Origin: an uncultured Candidatus Poseidoniales archaeon
Lineage (GTDB): Archaea > Thermoplasmatota > Poseidoniia > Poseidoniales > Thalassarchaeaceae
NCBI GenBank assembly: GCA_902560445.1
Contig: CACELO010000002.1
Coordinates: 66,468 to 130,467, forward strand
Length of the DNA: 64,000 nt
Reading direction: 5' to 3'
Part shown: one piece after another, positions 27,300 through 34,659 of the stretch
How positions within the stretch are numbered: the first letter of the stretch is position 1
Layout: every line of letters begins with the position of its first letter
Made by a program: the position numbers and the translations under genes
The notes under the pieces: model-generated
The model's database searches: none
Told to the model about the DNA's origin: nothing
What the model saw: only the letters and a program-made list of their open reading frames with translations

Positions 27300-27905
27300 T
27301 TGGTTTTAGTTACAAGGAGAGGATTAGTCTTGAGGAATTTGGGGCATAGATTGGGGGCTTCTGGTACCAAAATGGAAAATACCATTGACGGGCTTATGAA
27401 TTCATTAGAACAGGTAAATAATAGAAAATTTAAGTATTGGGAATTTGATATTAGAGAATCTTTGGATGGAATAATTTTTGTCTTTCATGATGATCAAATA
27501 CTTGTAGATGGAGAATTAATCGAAACCGCCAAATTGAATTTCTCTGAAATAATGAAAGCGGGTGAGGATTTGGGGGTAAAGATACCTACATTTTCAGAAG
27601 TTGTTGAAATATTGGGTGACCGGAAAGAAGATGTCATGGTTGAAGTGAAAGAATTGAGAACTGATGCCGCTAGAAGAACCGTAATCACTGCGATTTCTAG
27701 TAAACCAAATTGGAAACTGATGGCTACTCCAACTAGATTCTTGGAATCTTTTCCTAGTGAATCCAGGGAGTATTGGGAGCGATTTACTCGAGATTTGGAC
27801 GTAGAATTCGTTAGAGTTGGCCGCCATAAATTGGACCTTTTCAGCGCTTCTAAATCCTATTTTAGGTGGAAATTTGCTCGATTTAAATGGTTTTTCGGGA
27901 TTTAA
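27300..27905 (+). CDS. Glycerophosphodiester phosphodiesterase-like (GDPD family) protein. Likely start is the TTG at about 27329, downstream of a GGAGAGGA RBS.
   Basis: GHRLGASG...ENTIDGL...WEFDIRESLDGIIFVFHDD follows the GDPD HRG/ENT/E-D/HD pattern. Confidence 0.5.
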   Translation: MVLVTRRGLVLRNLGHRLGASGTKMENTIDGLMNSLEQVNNRKFKYWEFDIRESLDGIIFVFHDDQILVDGELIETAKLNFSEIMKAGEDLGVKIPTFSEVVEILGDRKEDVMVEVKELRTDAARRTVITAISSKPNWKLMATPTRFLESFPSESREYWERFTRDLDVEFVRVGRHKLDLFSASKSYFRWKFARFKWFFGI

Positions 27906-27968
27906 TAATGATGACTATTTTGAATTAATTTTTCCTACAATTGATTATGAACCCCATTACTCACCCTA

Positions 27969-28403
27969 ATGTTGAAGAAAATGGTCAGTACTGATGAGTT
28001 AATTGTGGCGCTAAATAATGCTCTCGCTTGGGAATTAAGGGCTATTGCAATGTATGCTCACTATTCCGCATACGTTTCAGGGATTCATAGATTACAACTT
28101 TCGGTATTCTTCAATAATGAAGTAACAGAATCAATTGCGCATGCTTCAACCGTAAGATCCGCTATAGTGAAATTACACGGTAAGGCCACTACGGAGAGGG
28201 CAGAAGACCCTATTTTACACTCAATGGACTTCCGAGATATGTTGGAAGAGGCACACAAAACTGAGTTGAAAGCTAGCGAGACATATGGAGAAATTTTACC
28301 AATGGTTGAGCAAATTGGGGATAGCGAACTTTTTGATGCCCTGGAAGTTATTTACTTTGATGAACTGAGATCTGTAGAAGAATTGAGAATGATGCTTGGT
28401 TGA
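27969..28403 (+). CDS. Ferritin-like (bacterioferritin/Dps-like four-helix bundle) protein
   Basis: LNNALAWELRAIAMYAHYS...EVTESIAHASTVRSAI...EEAHKTELKASETYG: paired E...H / ExxH-like diiron-site spacing typical of ferritin-like proteins. Confidence 0.5.
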   Translation: MLKKMVSTDELIVALNNALAWELRAIAMYAHYSAYVSGIHRLQLSVFFNNEVTESIAHASTVRSAIVKLHGKATTERAEDPILHSMDFRDMLEEAHKTELKASETYGEILPMVEQIGDSELFDALEVIYFDELRSVEELRMMLG

Positions 28404-28429
28404 GATTTAAACATACTATTTACCGTTAG

Positions 28430-28445
28430 TTTAGGGTGCCCTAAA
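28430..28445. promoter_or_regulatory. Palindromic candidate operator TTTAGGGTGCCCTAAA between a TTTAAA TATA-like element and the start of the monolobal transferrin-like gene
   Basis: TTTAGG-N4-CCTAAA palindrome about 20 nt downstream of TTTAAA (about 28405) and about 30 nt upstream of ATG 28476. That placement would overlap the TSS. Confidence 0.55.
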
Positions 28446-28475
28446 CATTATCAAACAAACCGATTTCGGAGATGT

Positions 28476-29546
28476 ATGGAAAAAACTAGTTGGGCTGGTT
28501 GGGCCAAAGCTAACAAAGCACTTTTGCTCGCTGGATTAGTGCTATCTGCGACCGTATTGTATCTCATTTTCGACATTAATTACGAACAATGTGATGATCA
28601 AGATAACTGTATTACAATCGCTTTTGAGGTACAAGATGACTATTTGTATTTTGGAAAAGAGAACCCTCAGCACTTGGCAGACAAAATGAGTGCTCTGACT
28701 GGTATGGATGTTGAAATAATGCCTGTATCGAATTCCGGCGCGATAATCGAGGCTATCAATAATGGCAATGCGGATATTGGATTTGTAGATGGAGCGGCCG
28801 CTTGGCTTGCATGGGAAGTTTACGATTTGGACGTGCTAGCGGCAGAGTGGAAATTTGATCAAAGGACGTACTATAATGCGGCAGCCTGGGTGAAAAAGGA
28901 CTCTGAAATTGCAGACGCGTATCTAGATGATGATCCAGATACAGACCCATTTGCTTTAATGAATGGAAAAACGTCTTGCCATACAGGATGGCTGAAAAGT
29001 GCTGGGATGTTGATTCCAATGGGTTACTTGATTGGAAATGGGTATGCCGAGGTGCGTGGAGATCCTGAAGAAATTACTTCACTACGAGATACAGTGACGC
29101 ATTTCTTCAACGAAGATTCAAGCATACCTGACGGAGGTACTCAATATTCCGGATATAAGGGGGCATTGAAGTGTATGATGACTGATCGCGGAGACGTTGC
29201 TTTAGTCAAGGATACAGCATATATGCTCTACTGTGACGAAAATGAGGACGGAATTGCAGATGGTCCTGATTGGTGTTTGGATAGAGATGAGCTCGTTATG
29301 CTCGAGTCATTTGGTCGAGCACCGAGTCACCCCGCTTTGTATAATCCCTCAGCTATGAATAACGAAACGGTCGAACTAATTCAAAATGCATTGGTGGATA
29401 TGAATAATGATGAAGAAGGTACAAAGATACTCTCCGATGTCTTAAACACTGAAGGAATGGTTGTTACGAATGCTACTGCTCACCTAGGCACATATGGTGC
29501 GGCTGTAGAGAACGTCCCTGGAATACAAGCATTTTTTGAGGATTGA
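28476..29546 (+). CDS. Monolobal transferrin-family iron-binding protein (membrane-anchored/secreted) with a complete Asp/Tyr/Tyr/His ligand set
   Basis: NADIGFVDGAAAW (Asp), RTYYNAAAWVKKDS (Tyr), GKTSCHTGWLKSAGMLIPMG (anion-site Thr; Arg replaced by Lys), QYSGYKGALKCMMTDRGDVALVKD (Tyr), DWCLDRDE...GRAPSHPALYNPS (His). N-terminal TM anchor. Confidence 0.75.
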   Translation: MEKTSWAGWAKANKALLLAGLVLSATVLYLIFDINYEQCDDQDNCITIAFEVQDDYLYFGKENPQHLADKMSALTGMDVEIMPVSNSGAIIEAINNGNADIGFVDGAAAWLAWEVYDLDVLAAEWKFDQRTYYNAAAWVKKDSEIADAYLDDDPDTDPFALMNGKTSCHTGWLKSAGMLIPMGYLIGNGYAEVRGDPEEITSLRDTVTHFFNEDSSIPDGGTQYSGYKGALKCMMTDRGDVALVKDTAYMLYCDENEDGIADGPDWCLDRDELVMLESFGRAPSHPALYNPSAMNNETVELIQNALVDMNNDEEGTKILSDVLNTEGMVVTNATAHLGTYGAAVENVPGIQAFFED

Positions 29547-29592
29547 TCACACAATCCCAACTAGCGTACTGCCACAACGTTGAGGTTTCATA

Positions 29593-30798
29593 ATGAGAGT
29601 GACCATCACTATCCTAATTTTATTGATAATATCTCTATTTTCTGGATGTTTTTCAGACGATGGAGATGATTTTGATTGGACTGATCCCCAAACAACAGAG
29701 TGCAATTTAGGCAATAACCTAACTTGTACTAATTTGTTTCCGGGAGCTGGTACTCCTCATCACTCAGAAGTAAATCCTCAAACTAATGAATTATGGATAA
29801 TTTATCTCAGTGGAATGGTAAAAATTTGGCAAGATGATGAACTAATACAAGCTGGTGACTTAAGTGAAATTGTAAATAGATGCCATACAGAACAAGGATT
29901 GCTTGGATTTGCATTCGATGCCAACTATAATTCTTCCAAACAACTATTGTTATCATATGTGGAAAAAGGCAGCTGCGAAGGGGCGAATAATGCAGACCTC
30001 GTTCTTGCTTCAGTTGTTGTTACTGATGATGATATGATAAATTTGGACTCGTTAATCGTCTTGAAAACCGTAGAACAACCATACAGGAATCATAACGGGG
30101 GGCATTTACATGGTTTGGGTAATGGAGAATACCTCTGGGGAATTGGAGACGGAGGTGGAGCTAACGACCCAGAAAAGAATGGGCAGAATTCTGAAAATTT
30201 ATTGGGCACTATTGTTTACTTCCAATACTCAAATGGCGATGTTAATCCGATAATGGATTCAGAAAATGGAAACCCCTACATCTTGCACTATGGTTTGCGA
30301 AATCCATGGAAATTCGACGTGGGCCCTAATGAGGAACTATGGATTGCTGATGTCGGACAAAATTGTTGGGAAGAAATTAATTTGGTAAATTTGGTAAACA
30401 AATCAAACCTTGGGTGGTCAGAAAAAGAAGGATTCAGTGATTTTTCCGAAGGTGGAAGTTGTGAAGGAGGAGTTCTATCTGAAAATAATGAATTTACAGA
30501 CCCTGTCTTTGTCTATGGTCACAATAACGGAAATTGTTCCATAACCGGTGGCTTTTGGACTGAGAATACAATAATCTCAGACCAAGGTGGTTATCTGTTT
30601 GGAGACTTTTGTTCTGGTTCGCTATGGATTCTTTCCAATGGTGTAAATCACACATGGAAAGAGACCTATCTTGGTAACGTGGGGGGACTAATTGTAGGGT
30701 TTGGAGAAGGGGCTAATGGTGAGCTTCTGGTCTTTTTCTGGACTGGAGAAATCATACAAATCACTCAATCCGCTGCCGCCGATAGCAATATCGTGTGA
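29593..30798 (+). CDS. Lipoprotein of the soluble PQQ-dependent sugar (glucose/sorbosone) dehydrogenase beta-propeller family
   Basis: Lipobox ISLFSGCFSDDG. GLLGFAFD, NHNGGHLHGLGNGEYLWGIGDGGGANDPEKNGQNSENLLGTIVYF and GLRNPWKFDVGPNEELWIADVGQNCWEEINLV match GSDH family blocks. Confidence 0.65.
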   Translation: MRVTITILILLIISLFSGCFSDDGDDFDWTDPQTTECNLGNNLTCTNLFPGAGTPHHSEVNPQTNELWIIYLSGMVKIWQDDELIQAGDLSEIVNRCHTEQGLLGFAFDANYNSSKQLLLSYVEKGSCEGANNADLVLASVVVTDDDMINLDSLIVLKTVEQPYRNHNGGHLHGLGNGEYLWGIGDGGGANDPEKNGQNSENLLGTIVYFQYSNGDVNPIMDSENGNPYILHYGLRNPWKFDVGPNEELWIADVGQNCWEEINLVNLVNKSNLGWSEKEGFSDFSEGGSCEGGVLSENNEFTDPVFVYGHNNGNCSITGGFWTENTIISDQGGYLFGDFCSGSLWILSNGVNHTWKETYLGNVGGLIVGFGEGANGELLVFFWTGEIIQITQSAAADSNIV

Positions 30799-32815
30799 TA
30801 CCTGCTCCAGTATTGTGATGAGACGCCAAGGCGCGCTTAGAATCGTGGTCATGATTACGATTATTGGAATGATGATTTCTTCGTTACAAATCGGCTACCA
30901 ACAAGGTGGTCTTGATGAATCTCAAGACAGAAGAGAACAGCTCGGCCCTGATGAGCCTACACTGGAGGAGCGATGTAGCGTCCTTACTTTCGAGGATATG
31001 TTTGAGTATACTAAAGCAGTATTCAATTTCACTATTGCCAATGATTGGAGTTCTGCCGAAATTGAAGCAGTTGCTTGGGTAAATGGGACTTTGGCAGATG
31101 ATGTAAGACAGAGTTTAGATGAATATATTGCACAAATCTACCCAAGTGGCGATGATGGCTGGATTTCTACCGATGAAAGGGAGGGAGTCAGAGCTATTGC
31201 TTCGGAGTGTGTTCAATACACGTTTACTAGAATGGGTATGCGTGATGGAAGTCCTCACAGAGGAGGTGACGGTACCGATTGGAAAAACACATCTTGGAAC
31301 GAAGACGAGGTCCTAGTAGAAGAATGGAATCTAGTCCCTCCTCGACATTCGGAATCGAGAGAATGTTCAGGGATTGGTAGTGGTAGCGATTGCTACGAGG
31401 TTCCGGTATATCCGGATAGTGAACGAGATTGCGACACCGAGGTAGATTCATCGAGCAGTCAAGATGAATGTAGAATGAAGTTATGGCTAAATGCTACCAT
31501 GATAATCTCCGAGATAAATGATCCAAGTGACTTCACAATAGCCTATAATGCCTCAAACATGAGTGGGGCTGAATATCATATCAAATTCCCCGTAACCGAA
31601 GGACTCCGACTAGATATGTGGGAGGAATGTGAAGGACGAGACGTGCAAGTGGATATGGGTGATTTTGCTGGTGTGGCTCCTCTGAGAGGTAGTTGTATTG
31701 GTGACGGTTCTAGCAGCTATGAACTTAATGAAAACGAAGATGGAAGTCTAACTTACTCCTTCTATCCCAACATGCCTCAGTGGCCTGTAGGAGAGGACCT
31801 GTTTGCCGACTTTACAACTGCACCAATCCCAGTGGACGACCCTCCTGTCTGGACTGATAGCGCACCGACAGATGGAGCCTGGTTCCCTCGTGCGAGTGGG
31901 GGGGCACAGATTATCGCGGACTGGAATGAAGTTCAAAATTGGTTCAATGATGAGGCTGGAGTATCGAACCTTGAGATGAATTGTAGAGGTGATGCAGGAT
32001 TAGTAATTACCTACTCACAACGAGAGTTGTCGATGGATGTACCAAGAGGTCAGGCAGGAGAGGTCACCTGTGAAGCAATCGACAGTTCTGGCCAATCCTC
32101 AGGAAATAGAACTTGGAATGTAGGAGTTCCATTCCAAATTTCAACTACAGATACTGAACTATCAGACCCACATCCGATTACTCTCTCTCCAACCGCTGGC
32201 TGGCCTGATCTATCTGTAGAACTCGGATTTTCCTCAAGCTTCGAAGAGGCAGGAACATATTACGGCCCATATTCAATCCAAGGCTCGGAAATAACTCAAG
32301 ATATTGCTGTGGTGGGACTTGTCCCCGGTCCAGTATATGTCGCTGTAATAGTAACCGGAGAAGGAGTTTATAGTTTGCAAGCGACTTATGATTTGGGGAT
32401 TCAAAAGGCCAGCAGTCCTCCAATAATGACAGTCACCACCGAAGGGTGGGATGGTAATTCATGGTCAATGAGTGGTCAATTCTCCGACCCCGATGGTGAA
32501 ACGATTAGTTTCAGCCTGATGATTGATGGGGCCTCAGTTGGAAGTATTACGGTCAGTGGCAATATGTGGTCTACACCTGCGATTGATTTCTCAGTATGGA
32601 CAGAAGGTTCACATATTGTTGAGGTTCAAGCCTGTGATGAGTCTGGCCTATGTTCAAGTCAGCAACGTAGCGTTGACAATACTCATTTGTTCGTTGATCC
32701 TGAACCTGAACCTGAACCACCGAAGGATAACTCTTCGGTTCTTCCCTCAATGGGATTGGCCGGTCTGATTCTTGCGGCATCTGCCGCACTCATATACTCG
32801 GGCCGACGCGACTGA
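30701..32815 (+). CDS. Large secreted cell-surface protein with a C-terminal PEPEPEPP linker plus hydrophobic anchor (variant PGF-CTERM-like). The true start is probably at about 30815 (MRRQGALRIVVMITIIGMMISSL signal).
   Basis: Internal signal-peptide-like Met. The ORF as drawn overlaps the upstream gene by about 100 nt. C-terminal LPSMGLAGLILAASAALIYSGRRD. Confidence 0.55.
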   Translation: MEKGLMVSFWSFSGLEKSYKSLNPLPPIAISCDTCSSIVMRRQGALRIVVMITIIGMMISSLQIGYQQGGLDESQDRREQLGPDEPTLEERCSVLTFEDMFEYTKAVFNFTIANDWSSAEIEAVAWVNGTLADDVRQSLDEYIAQIYPSGDDGWISTDEREGVRAIASECVQYTFTRMGMRDGSPHRGGDGTDWKNTSWNEDEVLVEEWNLVPPRHSESRECSGIGSGSDCYEVPVYPDSERDCDTEVDSSSSQDECRMKLWLNATMIISEINDPSDFTIAYNASNMSGAEYHIKFPVTEGLRLDMWEECEGRDVQVDMGDFAGVAPLRGSCIGDGSSSYELNENEDGSLTYSFYPNMPQWPVGEDLFADFTTAPIPVDDPPVWTDSAPTDGAWFPRASGGAQIIADWNEVQNWFNDEAGVSNLEMNCRGDAGLVITYSQRELSMDVPRGQAGEVTCEAIDSSGQSSGNRTWNVGVPFQISTTDTELSDPHPITLSPTAGWPDLSVELGFSSSFEEAGTYYGPYSIQGSEITQDIAVVGLVPGPVYVAVIVTGEGVYSLQATYDLGIQKASSPPIMTVTTEGWDGNSWSMSGQFSDPDGETISFSLMIDGASVGSITVSGNMWSTPAIDFSVWTEGSHIVEVQACDESGLCSSQQRSVDNTHLFVDPEPEPEPPKDNSSVLPSMGLAGLILAASAALIYSGRRD

Positions 32816-33569
32816 GTTCGTGAGCTTCTCAGGCACCGTGGACAGAGAGTCGCATGAAGGGGGCCTCCTCGTTTCCTTTGAGGGACGTGCGCCGAGACTT
32901 GGGGCTACTTTACGAATAATCGGTGGAAAGCCGATTGGTAAGGTTAATTCAGTAATTGGAGCGATTGATGGGGCGTTTGTTCACATTCATCCAATTACAG
33001 ATCAAATAGAAGTCACAAGCACAATCGGCTCTCCGGTTGAAATCGCTCCAAGAGAGAAAAAAGAGTATCGTGGTCGTGGAAGAGATAGTTACTCGAAAAG
33101 AAATTCTCGCCGTGATAGGCGACATGGTGGGAATAATGACAGAAAAGGCGGAGATTGGACTTGTCCAAAGTGTAACAATTCTAATTTTGCCTTTCGAAAG
33201 AAGTGTAATCGCTGTGAAGCAGATAGGCCTCGAGATGGAGGAAGGAAATTCGAAAGAAAATTTGAACGAGGTGGTAACAATAAGCAAAAAGGAGGTGATT
33301 GGACTTGCCCTAAGTGCAACAACTCTAACTTCGCCTTCAGAGATAAATGCAATCGCTGTGATGCTAGTCGACCTAGCTCAGGTGGCAAGGCCCCCTCGAG
33401 AAGTAGATCCAACCAAAACCGAGGTCCTAGGCCTCAACGAGGCCCATCTGGACGAGGGCGAGGGCGAGCCCCGGGGAGCGCAAGTAAACCACGAAGATCT
33501 GGATTCAGAGGAACTGGCCGAGGTGGTCCTAGAGGTAATCGACCAGGAAGAGGTAGCGGTAGGCGCTGA
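32772..33569 (+). CDS. gar1: H/ACA ribonucleoprotein subunit Gar1 homolog fused to two RanBP2-type zinc fingers and a C-terminal RGG/GAR-rich tail. The start could be the GTG at about 32820, just after the upstream stop.
   Basis: Gar1 barrel: GTVDRESHEGGLLVSFEGRAPRLGATLRIIGGKPIGKVNSVIGAIDGAFVHIHPI (cf. archaeal Gar1 G.V...G.LIV....P.L...V...IG.V.DVFGP...PY..VKP). Two copies of W-x-C-x2-C-x3-N-x6-C-x2-C (GDWTCPKCNNSNFAFRKKCNRC and GDWTCPKCNNSNFAFRDKCNRC). Tail: GRGRGRAPGS...GFRGTGRGGPRGNRPGRGSGRR. Confidence 0.7.
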   Translation: MRHLPHSYTRADATEFVSFSGTVDRESHEGGLLVSFEGRAPRLGATLRIIGGKPIGKVNSVIGAIDGAFVHIHPITDQIEVTSTIGSPVEIAPREKKEYRGRGRDSYSKRNSRRDRRHGGNNDRKGGDWTCPKCNNSNFAFRKKCNRCEADRPRDGGRKFERKFERGGNNKQKGGDWTCPKCNNSNFAFRDKCNRCDASRPSSGGKAPSRSRSNQNRGPRPQRGPSGRGRGRAPGSASKPRRSGFRGTGRGGPRGNRPGRGSGRR

Positions 33570-33616
33570 GTTTGGGTCACCCCAGCATTCATTTTGTCTA
33601 ATCCCGAGCAAGACCT

Positions 33617-34645
33617 ATGGCGAACAAGGCGGATATGCTCTGGGAAGATGTTCTCGATCTTGAAGAGGCTGGTGAGAGGCTGGAAGCCCTCGATCTATGT
33701 CGCCAAATCACCCGCATGGAGCCAGACCATGCCGCCGCTTGGAAAATGACCGCAAGGATGACTCTTCCAGCAGCAAGGAGAGGTGTGCAAGATATGCCTA
33801 CTCTACGACAAGCGGCTAGTGCTTATTCCGCATTACAAAATGTCGTGAGATTGGAACCAGAGGATACAGAATCATGGGCATTGGGAGGAATTCTTCTCGT
33901 TGACCACCTGGGTATGCTAGAAGAAGCACTTGAGTGGTGGCAGCAAAGAAGGCAAGTCAACCCCGAAGATGTGATGCCACTAATCGAACAAATTGCCATT
34001 CTTGTACGGCTTGGGATGTATTCTGAAGCTAGCGAGTTGTTGGAAATCATGTTCGACTCGGAAATGGAACAACCAGACCGTAAGCAACTAATCAATATGG
34101 ATCGAGTTAGACAGATGGTTGACAAGGCGGCCAAAATGGAGAAAGAGGAAATATTCAGACCACAAAATCCCAAACATCCTCGATGGGAGATAATCGGTCG
34201 AATGAAAACTCGTAAACCGCTCTCTGAAACCTTCTTCCTGTTCACTTTTGTTGCTCCAATTGTATTCATTATTGGCAGTATAGCTATGAGTGCACTTGGA
34301 GGTAGTCAATATGGCTTCATTTTAGTATTTTTGATTATTCTAGCGCTATTTATGGTGGTAAGTCGAGCCGGTGCTGGATTATTACAAAAACTCAATCGGC
34401 ACGCACTTGACTTAGAAAGAGCGATTGATATTGAAGCTACTTCAGGAAAGGTGTGTGTACCTGCCGAAATTCGCGGTAGTAAACTCTACAATTATATGAT
34501 TGGAAAACGAACTGAAGCCTTCCAAGACCGCCATAGTAAAATTATTGATTCAGACGAAATTATTGATAAAAAGTGGAAACCAGAAATACTCGGTTTTTCA
34601 AACATGGAAAGTAGGTGGGGAGAGGCTGAGGAATCCGAGGATTAA
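33617..34645 (+). CDS. TPR-like helical-repeat protein with a C-terminal double TM anchor, unknown function
   Basis: Helical-repeat N-terminus (LEALDLCRQITRMEPDHAAAWKM...). TM helices FFLFTFVAPIVFIIGSIAMSAL and FILVFLIILALFMVV. Confidence 0.45.
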   Translation: MANKADMLWEDVLDLEEAGERLEALDLCRQITRMEPDHAAAWKMTARMTLPAARRGVQDMPTLRQAASAYSALQNVVRLEPEDTESWALGGILLVDHLGMLEEALEWWQQRRQVNPEDVMPLIEQIAILVRLGMYSEASELLEIMFDSEMEQPDRKQLINMDRVRQMVDKAAKMEKEEIFRPQNPKHPRWEIIGRMKTRKPLSETFFLFTFVAPIVFIIGSIAMSALGGSQYGFILVFLIILALFMVVSRAGAGLLQKLNRHALDLERAIDIEATSGKVCVPAEIRGSKLYNYMIGKRTEAFQDRHSKIIDSDEIIDKKWKPEILGFSNMESRWGEAEESED

Positions 34646-34659
34646 CTCAGAATTATTTC

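Noticed and set aside
32949-33663. Alternative-frame ORFs over the Gar1-ZnF-RGG gene (33037..33663 +, 32949..33287 -, 33089..33412 -, 33378..33611 -)
   Set aside because: They are artefacts of the repetitive, GA-rich RGG-coding DNA and the tandem ZnF duplication. Only the frame starting at 32772/32820 gives recognisable domains.
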